From a candidate division WOR-3 bacterium (GTDB lineage Bacteria > Hydrothermota > Hydrothermia > JBDRYB01), in the NCBI GenBank assembly GCA_049969615.1, contig JBMFOM010000011.1, positions 1 through 30,044 of the forward strand: 30,044 nucleotides of DNA, read 5' to 3'. A model generated the notes under the pieces. That model did not search any database. It was not told the origin of the DNA and saw only the letters and a program-made list of their open reading frames with translations. The translations under genes were made by a program, and so were the position numbers. Shown here one piece after another: positions 17,651 to 26,846 of the stretch (the stretch's first letter is position 1; each line of letters starts with the position of its first letter).

Positions 17651-19185
17651 TGGTGCCCTTTACCCCCCTCAAGACCCATCTCGCCCTTATCAATCCGGTA
17701 TATTATGAGGCTATCGTAATCACGCCAGTCATTATTGCCACGAAAATAAAATCTCTCAACCTGGGGCAACCCGGAGAGAAAAAGGGTATCACCGACATTC
17801 ATCTGCCTCGGCCACATTAAGAAATCTTTCCAGAAAACGACTATCATGTAGTCCGGCTCATATCTTTTCGTCAGATCAGAAAGGCTCAGGCCTCCCCAGG
17901 TGAAATCCTCATCAACCATCGCAACTATGGGATTTCTTTCCCTCAGGGGCCACCAGAACCAGAACCAGTTGACCACAACGCGTTTCCCCGCAGGCACCGT
18001 CTGAAGAACGCTCGCCTGGAGCCTGTTAAGAGGCCTGTTTATCCTGCATTCTCGTGCAGTCTTGAATGCGGCAACGAGGCCAATTACGAGGCTGGCGGCA
18101 ACAAAAAGGAACCTGGCCCACCTGATTTCGTAAAAGGGTATGAGAAAACCGAGGGCCAGTAGGGGAACGAAGAGCGCGACATAGCCACCCCTTACAAAAG
18201 GCCATGTGAGCAGTGCGCCTGCTAGAAGTGCCAATATCAATCCGTATAAGAGCGGGTGTTTCCGGCAATGAAAGACAGCTCCGATGATGGCGCCAACCGC
18301 GGCTATCTTGACCACTGCGAAGCGACCGAGAAGGCTGGCCGGGCCCAGAAACATGGCCAGAAGCGCGGCTCCGTTGCGCTCCATTGCCAAGGGAATAAGG
18401 TGGGGCCTCCCGGTCACGATCAGAAACAGAGGAGAATTCTGGTTAGCCTTATCTATATCAAGCAAAATGGGCTGGCGCGCAAACGGCAGGTAGTTGGTGA
18501 AAAATATGATGAGGCCGGCCAGGGCCGCGCCCGCGGCAAACCACCCCAACCCGCGCCATTGTTTTGAGAACATGAGAACGAGGGCCAGGCCTGGCAACAG
18601 GAAAACGGCCAGGGGCCTTACCAGGAGGGATATTCCAGAAATGAGGCCCACCGAGATAAAAAGCCAGGCCTTCTTTCGGCTGACGGCAATCACAAAAAGT
18701 AGAACAGCAACGCTAGTCGTGGCCGCGAGCATGGCGTCGGTCCTGGCGTAATGGGCCGCCCTAAGAAACAGTATCTCAAAACTCGTGAACGTCGCGGCCC
18801 AAAGCCCTGCCCACGGGTTCCTGAATTCCCTGCCCAGCAGATATGTGCAAATAAGAACAACCGCGCCTGAGACAAGGGAAACAAACCTTGCCCAGAATAT
18901 GTTGACGCCGAAGACCTTGAGAAACAGGGCGAGTATCCCATAGTAAATCCAACCGGATAACATTCCATAGCCATATTGACCAAGATATGATCCGGGGAGC
19001 ATGTCAGACTTCACCGCGCCGAACTTCCAGATCCCCATCGCGCAAGAAGCGTGCAATGCTTCGTCCTGATTGAGGTCCCAGCCAGGGAACCAGGTAAGGG
19101 TTATGAGGTTCAGGGTGAACCAGACGGCTAGATAGAAGAGGAACCAAACCTCCGGCCTCCTGATAGCCTCCTTAATGTGCTTCAT
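17647..19185 (-). CDS. GT-C fold glycosyltransferase (ArnT/PMT, family 39/83-like)
   Basis: DE motif after the first TM, FGVNIFWAR, ARTD; many TM helices; periplasmic C-terminal domain. Confidence 0.8.
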   Translation of the reverse strand: MKHIKEAIRRPEVWFLFYLAVWFTLNLITLTWFPGWDLNQDEALHASCAMGIWKFGAVKSDMLPGSYLGQYGYGMLSGWIYYGILALFLKVFGVNIFWARFVSLVSGAVVLICTYLLGREFRNPWAGLWAATFTSFEILFLRAAHYARTDAMLAATTSVAVLLFVIAVSRKKAWLFISVGLISGISLLVRPLAVFLLPGLALVLMFSKQWRGLGWFAAGAALAGLIIFFTNYLPFARQPILLDIDKANQNSPLFLIVTGRPHLIPLAMERNGAALLAMFLGPASLLGRFAVVKIAAVGAIIGAVFHCRKHPLLYGLILALLAGALLTWPFVRGGYVALFVPLLALGFLIPFYEIRWARFLFVAASLVIGLVAAFKTARECRINRPLNRLQASVLQTVPAGKRVVVNWFWFWWPLRERNPIVAMVDEDFTWGGLSLSDLTKRYEPDYMIVVFWKDFLMWPRQMNVGDTLFLSGLPQVERFYFRGNNDWRDYDSLIIYRIDKGEMGLEGGKGHQ

Positions 19186-19240
19186 ATCCCCTACTCTGAT
19201 CTAGACCGATCACGCGCAGGAGATCCACACGAGGCTGTCA

Positions 19241-19795
19241 TTACTCGGTCCAGACCCAGTCCAGGCTTGACTCCTTGAGCTTCACATCAAACCTGATGGA
19301 GCAGAGGGTATCCTTGCGCCTGACCTCCAGGCCCATTATCACGGGCACGATATACTTTTTGGCCTCCTCTTCGGTTATGTCAATTCCTATGGCGTTGCCC
19401 ATTTCCATTGCCTCATATTTTGGCTGGCGTTCCGTTATTTGGAGTGCCGTATCAAACATCTCTGATGCCCTTATATCGTAGGCAGGGACGAAAACCCGTA
19501 TCTCGCCGCCGGATTTTTCGGATCCAAAAAGACTGCTCAAAAAACTGCTTGCGGAACCGATGGCGTCGCGGTGGGTTATCCTCACCTCAACCCTAAAAAC
19601 CCAGAAGGGCCTCAGTGTCTTTCCCTGACCTTTGGCAGTCCTTATCCGCGCTGGTTTCAGGCCAGCCCTGGTAACCTGATATGTCTTGCCGCAGGCATTG
19701 CAGGTCGCGAAGTGTCTACCCTTCTTGTCAAGGAGCTTCTCGCAATCCGGGCACTTCAGAGGCACCAGCTTTATCTCTTTACTTGTTGAAGACAA
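19241..19795 (-). CDS. Zinc-ribbon protein (YdjG-like), soluble paralogue
   Basis: CPDC..CNAC, RPFWVF and VFVPAY motifs; TTG start with SD GGAGG. Confidence 0.7.
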   Translation of the reverse strand: MSSTSKEIKLVPLKCPDCEKLLDKKGRHFATCNACGKTYQVTRAGLKPARIRTAKGQGKTLRPFWVFRVEVRITHRDAIGSASSFLSSLFGSEKSGGEIRVFVPAYDIRASEMFDTALQITERQPKYEAMEMGNAIGIDITEEEAKKYIVPVIMGLEVRRKDTLCSIRFDVKLKESSLDWVWTE

Positions 19796-20720
19796 TTTCT
19801 CCTCCTCCTTTCATGCTTCTGGCGAGCCAGATGTTGAAAGCGAAAAGAAGTATCAACGCACCTATGAGAATCTTCCCTTCGTCGGTCAGCTGGGTTAAGA
19901 GGACTCCAAGCCCCATTATCAGGGGATCGACTACGGCAAGACCCAGGACAACAGGCCAGATGCGAAAACCGGTGGCCCTCGGGGCCCTGGCATATCTCAG
20001 CTGTGAACGAGCACCATCAACTGTCGCTGAGAACTTCAGGTTCTTGTAGGAATAGCTGACCTGCCAGAATGGGTAATAGACCAGGAAGAAGTCCTGATCA
20101 ACCACATCAAGGAACTCGTCGGTGACATAATCAAGCCTATAACTGCTCCTGGCCGCGTCCAAGAGACCCTCCCTTGCCTCGCGCCGGGCGGCCCCCTCTT
20201 CCTCAGTGATCTCAAGGTATTCGCCCTCCGGACGCTCGGACTCAGAGTAATGCTCAAGCGGGAGATCAGAAAGGTCTATGGTGTTCACGGACAATTCGCC
20301 TATTCCTGTCGCGGGATCTGACCACCTCATGCGATTGTTGACCCTGTATTCGTGGTATGTCCTGGTCTTGTTGCCCTTTGAATCGGTTGATTCGGTATAA
20401 CCGAGACGCCAGCCTATGACCTGGCCAACCGTGAACCACATTGGCACATATACCTGCCTGGCGGATTCAACCCTGACGCCCCTCTTGAACGTTCCGGGAA
20501 TACCCCACTTGTTGAGCCAGTTCTTGAGAATGGCCTGGGCTCTCTCCGCGTTAAGGGCGTTTTTAACCAGGAAACGAGGGGTTCCGAGGAGTCCCTCAAC
20601 CCTGAACAGGGTTCCGCAGGACTTACAGTCCACAATAACCTGCCCCGCGACAAGCTCAAGGGTATCGCCACAGTTAGGGCAGTTCAACCCCCTTATCTGG
20701 GTTATGGTTTCTTCGTTCAT
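19779..20720 (-). CDS. Zinc-ribbon membrane protein (YdjG-like)
   Basis: CPNC..CKSC, VYVPMW, LVYYPFW.VSYSY..VDG; two C-terminal TM helices; ATG 20720 overlaps the upstream stop (ATGA). Confidence 0.75.
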   Translation of the reverse strand: MNEETITQIRGLNCPNCGDTLELVAGQVIVDCKSCGTLFRVEGLLGTPRFLVKNALNAERAQAILKNWLNKWGIPGTFKRGVRVESARQVYVPMWFTVGQVIGWRLGYTESTDSKGNKTRTYHEYRVNNRMRWSDPATGIGELSVNTIDLSDLPLEHYSESERPEGEYLEITEEEGAARREAREGLLDAARSSYRLDYVTDEFLDVVDQDFFLVYYPFWQVSYSYKNLKFSATVDGARSQLRYARAPRATGFRIWPVVLGLAVVDPLIMGLGVLLTQLTDEGKILIGALILLFAFNIWLARSMKGGGEIVFNK

Positions 20721-21526
20721 ACCTTTTTCACCAACAGGTAGGCTATCAGCGCTGATACGGGCATGGAGATGACCGCTCCCGCGCAAAGAAGGGTCATGCC
20801 CAAGGATACGGCATCAGGATCGTCAGAAAACAGTGGCAGAGACAGAAGCAGGAAGAGTATTCCGAAAGCGACGGTGTATAGGTAGTAAGGCCAACCCGGC
20901 TTTTTGGGGTAATCTACAGCATGGATACCGCCGGTCATACCCTCTATGAGCATGTTATACTTCTTTCCATTGTAGGAATATTCAACCCTGTAAAGCGGCA
21001 CATATACGAGGGATAGCTCATGTACATTAATGCCGCGGCTCTTCAGAAATGTCAGCTTCTCGGCCGGTTCCATGTCCTTCTGGGCTATCTCACCATCAAG
21101 TGATCCTTCAACAGGCTTTATGGATTGAAGGGGGAGGTTTTGTGGCGAGAGAGCCTCGTATGTCTTTTGGTCGGCGAAACCGGGTTGGATTGAAAAAGAT
21201 ATTTCCCTGGCGCCTCCAGCGCTAGCCTTCCATTCCTTGATGTGCCAGGTTGGAACCCATACCGGCATGATGTTGATCAGTTCAACCCTTTCGTTGAAGG
21301 GCGCTGGCTTGTCTCTCTCGGCCGTCCACCGGAAAAACCGCTCCGTGGCCGCGTGTTTATCAAACACAGGTTTAGCCCAGAACTCGCCCTGGTATGTTTC
21401 CCTCTTTATCTCTATGGTGGAACCGCAGAATGGGCAAGTGATTTGCTCAGCCCCCCTGGGGATATCAAGGGGCGCGCCACACTGGGTACACTTTATTTTT
21501 CTCGGGGTAGTCGCTTCCTCAGACAA
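20717..21526 (-). CDS. Zinc-ribbon membrane protein (YdjG-like)
   Basis: CTQC..CPFC, VWVPTW, LVYVPLY.VEYSYNG..IEGMTG; two C-terminal TM helices; TTG 21526 after SD AAAGGAGGT. Confidence 0.75.
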   Translation of the reverse strand: MSEEATTPRKIKCTQCGAPLDIPRGAEQITCPFCGSTIEIKRETYQGEFWAKPVFDKHAATERFFRWTAERDKPAPFNERVELINIMPVWVPTWHIKEWKASAGGAREISFSIQPGFADQKTYEALSPQNLPLQSIKPVEGSLDGEIAQKDMEPAEKLTFLKSRGINVHELSLVYVPLYRVEYSYNGKKYNMLIEGMTGGIHAVDYPKKPGWPYYLYTVAFGILFLLLSLPLFSDDPDAVSLGMTLLCAGAVISMPVSALIAYLLVKKV

Positions 21527-21550
21527 ATCATTACCTCCTTTACGCGAGAG

Positions 21551-21580
21551 ATTATAGAGCGTGGGACACGGGCAGGGCAA
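21551..21580 (-). promoter_or_regulatory. Promoter of the zinc-ribbon triplet
   Basis: TTGCCC-N18-TATAAT. Confidence 0.6.
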
Positions 21581-21632
21581 ACACAGCGAGGGAACGACCA
21601 GTCTGCTCAATTAAGGACAGAGACATGCGGAT

Positions 21633-22064
21633 TCAACGTTTTGCCTTTCTGCACTTCCCGCAAATCCCATGAACCACCACATCTATGCCCAAAACCTGGT
21701 AACCAGACTTTCTGGCGTCCCCGGAAAGGGCCTCAGCGGCTGATGGGCAGTTTATCTCCTCTATGGCGCCGCACTGGTCGCAAACGAGGTGAAAGTGTCT
21801 GGGATGGCCTATAACATGTTCATAAAGCCTGCCACTCTGACCAAACCTGTACTCCTTCACCAGGCCAGACTCTACCATGAGGGAAAGGGTCCTATACACA
21901 GTTGCCCTTGAAATCCTCCTCGCCCTCAAAAGGAACTGGAGTTCCTCGGCAGTGAAGTGTTCGTGAAGGGCAAAGACCCTCTTAGCGACCTCAGCCCTGG
22001 CTGTGGTTATACGGTGTCCTTTGGCTCTTAGAAAATCAAGAAAGACCATCAATTCCTCTTTCAT
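21633..22064 (-). CDS. fur: Fur-family transcriptional regulator
   Basis: HFTAEEL, ISRATVYRTL, HFHLVCDQCG and GICGKC motifs. Confidence 0.88.
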   Translation of the reverse strand: MKEELMVFLDFLRAKGHRITTARAEVAKRVFALHEHFTAEELQFLLRARRISRATVYRTLSLMVESGLVKEYRFGQSGRLYEHVIGHPRHFHLVCDQCGAIEEINCPSAAEALSGDARKSGYQVLGIDVVVHGICGKCRKAKR

Positions 22065-22654
22065 TCTCCTGACCTCAGACGAGCTATAAGCTCGTCAACC
22101 TGTTTCTCCAGGTCTTCCAATGAGCCCCTGTTCTCTATGACAAACCAGGCCTTGCGCGCCTTATCTTCTTGCGGAATCTGTGCAGAGAGGATCTTCCGGA
22201 CATCTTCCTCGGAATAGCCCGTCTTCTTCGCAGAACGGCGAACCATCTCATCCGGATCAGAGACCACGACGACAACCCGATCAAAAAGCCCCTCAAGCCC
22301 ATACTCAAAAACGAGCGCACCATCAACCACAACGAGGTCGCCGGGGGCCTCATCCATTGCCTTGCCCACCAGAAAGGCTATCTTCGGCCTCATTATGGCG
22401 TTCAGCCTTCTCAATCTGGCTGGGTCGGAGAAGACCTCCTTGCCCAAACGTTTCCTGTCCACCAGGCCTTCCTTGGTTATGAAATCCGCGCCAAACTCGG
22501 CCATTATCCTTTCCCTTATCTCCGGCATTGATATGACCATGTGGGCAACCGCATCGGCATCCACGACGGGAATGCCACGCCCTCTGAGCAGATCAGCGAC
22601 CGCGCTCTTTCCAGATCCCGTGTTGCCCGTTATGGCTATCTTAACCTTTGCCAA
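22061..22654 (-). CDS. coaE: Dephospho-CoA kinase
   Basis: ITGNTGSGKS, DAD, DRKRLG.EVF and IENRG motifs; TTG 22654 after SD GGAGG. Confidence 0.92.
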   Translation of the reverse strand: MAKVKIAITGNTGSGKSAVADLLRGRGIPVVDADAVAHMVISMPEIRERIMAEFGADFITKEGLVDRKRLGKEVFSDPARLRRLNAIMRPKIAFLVGKAMDEAPGDLVVVDGALVFEYGLEGLFDRVVVVVSDPDEMVRRSAKKTGYSEEDVRKILSAQIPQEDKARKAWFVIENRGSLEDLEKQVDELIARLRSGE

Positions 22655-23492
22655 AACGCCTCCTGTGTGTCTTGCTCTGGATACCCATGAATGGACTACT
22701 GGTGCAATTGCAGGGTTTGACATCCTCCATTCTTGCCCTTGCTATGAATTCCTCAATCAGAATGGCCAATTCCTTCTCCTTACCCTCCATAGCGTCCTCA
22801 ACCTCGGAGCCTGAGGGCCTGGCGCCCCTTATCCCAGCGGCCATATTAGCTACCACGGCAAGGCCAGCAAAGCACATGCCAAGCTCCCTCGCGAGGGTTG
22901 CCTCCGAGGCCATTGTCATGCCGACTACATGCGCGCCAAGCACTCCGAACGCCCTGATTTCGGCCGCACTCTCAAGCCTGGGGCCATGTGTTTGAATGTA
23001 TGTCCCGCCATCCCTGACCGGCAGGCCCATGTCCCTTATAACGGAAAGCAGAACCCCGCGGAGCGCGTGGCAGAATGGCCCGGTGAAGTCCACATGAACG
23101 GCCACCCCGTTGTTAATGAGGACTGAGGGAAGATTATTGGAATCAGGAACCATCGGGCCATCAGGGCCATCATAGAATGTCGGAGGAGGATTGAGATCAA
23201 TGAGGTCATCAAGGACGAGGTAATCTCCGGGGCTGAGACTGGGATCTATACCGCCAACAGACCCCACGGACAGAATCGCGCTCGCGCCCCTGGAATAAAG
23301 GGCCCAGATATTGGCTTTGTGGGGAACACGGTGCGCTGGCCATGTGTGTTCTCTCCCGTGCCTCTCAATAAACAGGGCAGTCTGCCCTGCTACCTCTCTC
23401 TCGGTAATTGGGCCGGATGTCTCGCCAAAGGGGGTCTTCTCAGGACTGCCCGGTGAACCCTTTGTTCCGCTTCCCGTTATTACGCCTATCAT
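22641..23492 (-). CDS. mtnP: Methylthioadenosine/purine nucleoside phosphorylase (MTAP family)
   Basis: IGVITGSG, RHG..H..P, ANIWAL, GPRLES.AE and VGMTMASEATLARE motifs; ATG 23492 overlaps the upstream stop. Confidence 0.85.
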   Translation of the reverse strand: MIGVITGSGTKGSPGSPEKTPFGETSGPITEREVAGQTALFIERHGREHTWPAHRVPHKANIWALYSRGASAILSVGSVGGIDPSLSPGDYLVLDDLIDLNPPPTFYDGPDGPMVPDSNNLPSVLINNGVAVHVDFTGPFCHALRGVLLSVIRDMGLPVRDGGTYIQTHGPRLESAAEIRAFGVLGAHVVGMTMASEATLARELGMCFAGLAVVANMAAGIRGARPSGSEVEDAMEGKEKELAILIEEFIARARMEDVKPCNCTSSPFMGIQSKTHRRRFGKG

Positions 23493-24577
23493 TTCGCCTC
23501 CAGGTATTTCTTGATTATCTGATAAAGCTTCTGGAGGGACGAAACCGACACCCACTCCTCATCTCCGTGGATACCCCATCCCTCAGGGTATGTTAGGACA
23601 GTGGGAATGCCCCTCTCTGAGAAGAACCTACCATCGGTCGCACCGTGCTCGTGGCCATAGGTAGGCGGATGACCGAGAACCTCTTCCATGCACGCCGCAA
23701 AGGTTCTCAGGTGTGGTTCGTCCTTCGGGGTGTTGAACGGCTCGCCGGTTGATTCCACCTCGTAGGTTATGCCGTGTTTATCAGCAAGGCCGGCTATGGT
23801 CTCCGAGACACTCGCGACGGTCCATTTCTCGGTGAACCTTATGTCAAAAGAGGCCTCAGCATGGTCCGGAACGATGTTGACCTTCTTGCCGCCCTTTATC
23901 ACGCCGAGATTGAGGGTCTCGTGCCAGTGGCCATCATCTCCGCATGGCTCAGGGGTAGAGAAGACTCTTTTCAGGTCCTCGTAGAAGTCTATCAGCCTGT
24001 CTATGGCGTTGTCCCCGGCCCATGTGGCAGAACCGTGGACCGAACGGCCCCTGGCTTCAGTTCTGATGTGGAATGCCCCCTTCCCTTTTGTGACAAGGGT
24101 AAAATTCGGGCCTCCGTCAGGGATTATCACGAAGTCGGCTGACCAGCCCTCGTCTCTAACCAGATACGCCACGCCGTTGGCAGAGCCTATCTCCTCGTCA
24201 GTGGTCAGTATCAATGCGGCTGAAGGCCTCTTGCCCTCGTTGTATAGGTCCCGGAACACAGCGAGGAGAACAGCCGCTGATCCCTTCATGTCCATGACCC
24301 CCCTGCCATAGAGCCTGTCGCCTTCAAGTCGTGGTCTGAACTGTTCCGGCTTCGCGTCAACAACATCAAGATGGGCCAGAAACAATGTTTCGGGGTGCTT
24401 GCCCTCCACAAAGCTCACGACCATTGAGTGCCTGGTTTCCTTTTTGTATCGGTGCCGGATCATTCCACGGGGCAAAAAGCCATCGGCTATTTCAATGACC
24501 CTTCGCAGGTCATCGGGATTCTGAGCAAGCGATGGGATCTCAGCCAGATTAATCGTCAGGGCGGTTATATCATCCAT
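23489..24577 (-). CDS. M20 family metallopeptidase (ArgE/DapE-like)
   Basis: HLDVV, GRGVMDMKG, DEEIG, G...HGS and HGDEE motifs. Confidence 0.9.
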   Translation of the reverse strand: MDDITALTINLAEIPSLAQNPDDLRRVIEIADGFLPRGMIRHRYKKETRHSMVVSFVEGKHPETLFLAHLDVVDAKPEQFRPRLEGDRLYGRGVMDMKGSAAVLLAVFRDLYNEGKRPSAALILTTDEEIGSANGVAYLVRDEGWSADFVIIPDGGPNFTLVTKGKGAFHIRTEARGRSVHGSATWAGDNAIDRLIDFYEDLKRVFSTPEPCGDDGHWHETLNLGVIKGGKKVNIVPDHAEASFDIRFTEKWTVASVSETIAGLADKHGITYEVESTGEPFNTPKDEPHLRTFAACMEEVLGHPPTYGHEHGATDGRFFSERGIPTVLTYPEGWGIHGDEEWVSVSSLQKLYQIIKKYLEAK

Positions 24578-24585
24578 CAGGTGAA

Positions 24586-24615
24586 ATTATAAGGTTATGG
24601 TTCACACCAGGCCAA
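24586..24615 (-). promoter_or_regulatory. Promoter of the M20-mtnP-coaE-fur operon
   Basis: TTGGCC-N18-TATAAT, 8 nt before ATG 24577; no SD sequence. Confidence 0.6.
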
Positions 24616-24680
24616 ATTCACGGGTTGACCACAAGACGGAAACGGACACCAACGCTCCGCGGCGGCTCCATGGTTAGCTT

Positions 24681-24782
24681 GAAACCCTGAAAAATCCAGG
24701 TTTGTCCCTATCCGGGAGCCTCATCATAGCTAAGAGATAACCCAGAGGGAAATGCCCTCGTGGCAGGATTTTTCAGGGGCCC
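24681..24782 (-). repeat. Dispersed MITE-like repeat, copy 3 (full length, terminal inverted repeats)
   Basis: GAAACCCTGAAAAATCC...GGATTTTTCAGGGGCCC; the reverse complement aligns end-to-end with 27116-27225. Confidence 0.85.
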
Positions 24783-24795
24783 CTCCTCCCTAGCC

Positions 24796-26340
24796 TCAAA
24801 AATCAATGACTGCGTCGGGTTCCCTCACAGGGCAACATCTTACTTTCTTAGCGAAGAAGCACCAGTTCTCGGTGTGAACCGGGATGACCTCTTTTGGTTT
24901 AAGCGCATTAATGATCTCAAGGAGCTCGGTTCCCGAGGCATGACCAGAGGCGTGAAGGGGATCCTTGGGGTCAGCCTTTGGGTCTCCCTCCATCTTTATC
25001 CCGAAGAAATCCAACCACATCTTGAGCCTGTTCAAGTCCCACTCTTGTTCCTCGGAGTGCGGTTCAGAGGTTGAGTAGATGTGAATGCCTCCTGCAATAT
25101 TCGGTATGTCAAGGAGCTTGTTTATTGACCAGTAGCGGAAACTGGTCAGGAATTCGCCTGGGTTTCTGCCGATAGTCGCGGCGTCAACGAGCTTGTTCTG
25201 ATAACTTTCTCTCACCCACTTCTCATAAGCGTCGTAGCTGGCCTTTGGATCATCGTAAATGCGAACCGCATCAACGATGCTCACGAGCTCCGGCAAATCA
25301 AGGGAAAGCGCGTAAACCGTGTAGAACTCGGAAGGAAGCAAAACGAGTTTTCGCCCGCAGTCGCGCGCGACCGCGAAGAATGTGGAGAGCCGTTCCGGAT
25401 GCCGGAGCGGGAACTCCGCGTTCACCAGCTTGCCTTCTGCCCTCTTGACAACCTCCATTAATCTGTCCGCGACCAAGTCCTCGCTGGGGCCGGGGTCTTC
25501 CCCAGCCTTTGTCCCCTCAACCACGAGGGCGCGAATGGGGCTGAGAGCCGAGGCGGCCTCAAGAAATGCCATTGTTTTTTCCGTGCCATAGCCATGCTTT
25601 CGTAGGTCTCCGGTGTAGACGATCCAGCCTGATCCGGTTTCTAATGCGAAGGCGACTGCTCCCGGCGCGGAGTGGTCAACCGGAAAGACCCTAACCCCGA
25701 AGGGCCCGGCTCGGAACTCAGAGCCAACGGGCTCGGGGAAATGACACTCTGGCCTCACCGTGCGCTTATGAACCTCCTGCCAGAAATCGTGGAAACCGTG
25801 GGTATCCTTGCAGAATAGGCGCCAGGAACGAAACCTCGCGACCTTTTCGCCTTCATCCTTCTTGCGGGGAGCTTTAACCACAGACCCATCGGAAAACTTC
25901 GGCCTCGCGTATACGAGCTCATGACCCGTATCAAACCGGCGGGTGTCCTGAGAGGCCTTTGCGGTGAGCGCGCAGGCCGGGCTGGCGTAAAAGGGTATGT
26001 CCTCCCTTAGAAATCCGCCCATGCCAGTGTGATCAAAGTGCGGGTGCGTAAAGAGAGCGGCTTCTATGTCTATGCCTGTTTCCTGAAGGTCAGAAAGACC
26101 GTGGTGATCCATGCACACGTCATCCCGGTATAGATCCCGGAAACGCGGCAACAAGCCCATCATGATGAAATCAACTATTCCCCTGGTGGAGCGAGGTGGC
26201 AGGAACTTGTCAAAGAAAAGCCCCAGCCTGCTGTAGTTCAAGCCAAAGTCAAGGATGACGCCCTTGCCGTCCTCCTCAAGGATCATCTTCGTGCCGCCTA
26301 TGGACTCGGCACCGTCAAGGATGTGAAGTCTAGTGGCCAT
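24796..26340 (-). CDS. MBL-fold beta-CASP hydrolase, RNase J-like
   Basis: IGG.K, LDFG, THPHFDH (HxHxDH), VDHS, YTGD.R.HG, VEGT, HASGHA and PVHTE motifs. Start ATG 26340; the TTG at 26379 coincides with a -35 box. Confidence 0.85.
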   Translation of the reverse strand: MATRLHILDGAESIGGTKMILEEDGKGVILDFGLNYSRLGLFFDKFLPPRSTRGIVDFIMMGLLPRFRDLYRDDVCMDHHGLSDLQETGIDIEAALFTHPHFDHTGMGGFLREDIPFYASPACALTAKASQDTRRFDTGHELVYARPKFSDGSVVKAPRKKDEGEKVARFRSWRLFCKDTHGFHDFWQEVHKRTVRPECHFPEPVGSEFRAGPFGVRVFPVDHSAPGAVAFALETGSGWIVYTGDLRKHGYGTEKTMAFLEAASALSPIRALVVEGTKAGEDPGPSEDLVADRLMEVVKRAEGKLVNAEFPLRHPERLSTFFAVARDCGRKLVLLPSEFYTVYALSLDLPELVSIVDAVRIYDDPKASYDAYEKWVRESYQNKLVDAATIGRNPGEFLTSFRYWSINKLLDIPNIAGGIHIYSTSEPHSEEQEWDLNRLKMWLDFFGIKMEGDPKADPKDPLHASGHASGTELLEIINALKPKEVIPVHTENWCFFAKKVRCCPVREPDAVIDF

Positions 26341-26349
26341 AATGGGGAA

Positions 26350-26379
26350 AGCATAACCCCTCACGCGACCCACTTTCAA
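26350..26379 (-). promoter_or_regulatory. Promoter of the RNase J-like gene
   Basis: TTGAAA-N18-TATGCT, 9 nt before ATG. Confidence 0.55.
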
Positions 26380-26384
26380 CCCCT

Positions 26385-26413
26385 CCTAAGTCCTTGTCCA
26401 TCAAGGAGTTAGG
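26385..26413. repeat. Palindromic site CCTAAGTCCTTG-N5-CAAGGAGTTAGG
   Basis: 12-bp arms with one mismatch; related sites at 26417-26440 and 29954-29978. Confidence 0.7.
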
Positions 26414-26846
26414 CGAAAGTTCCGATGGCTCTAGGACTTAGCGAGGCAGGATCGGGGAATTGCCTTATTTTATCAGCGAAATGCGGAACCCGGATTGTTA
26501 AGACAGGGCCGAAAAAGGCCGGGTTCCGGCCAAAAATGGGGAGAAATGGTATTTTTTTACTCGTATAAATGTTGGTGTAGAAAATAGACCCTGAGACCCT
26601 GAGAAGGGTGAGAGACCCAAAATGCTGGCCCGGCTCCTGGCTTTCCTCAGAGGCCTATATGCCATCATAAGGGGACTCCTTTCTCAGGATGATCCCCTGG
26701 TCAAGGGCCTCCGGGGGGGCTACATACCCTCAGAGACCCTGACGCGATTGCGAGGCCCTTGTGGCACAGGTGCTTACGGGGAACTGAATGCCCCGTCTTC
26801 AATCCGTGGAGGGATGAGGTGTGTTAGGTGAGGGACCGCGCCAGGC

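Noticed and set aside
21551-21632. Fur box controlling the zinc-ribbon operon
   Set aside because: The region is GC-rich with no GATAATGATAATCATTATC-like dyad
24697-24730. Repeat core (AUGAUGAG..UCCC..GGGACAAAC) resembles a hammerhead ribozyme or a C/D box
   Set aside because: Lacks C3 (AUGAUGA rather than CUGAUGA) and G12 (CAAAC rather than CGAAAC); a box D CUGA follows in only one copy
26786-26816. GAATGCCCCGTCTTCAATCCGTGGAGG resembles an IS200/IS605 right end
   Set aside because: Hairpin is imperfect and there is no tnpA/tnpB remnant nearby
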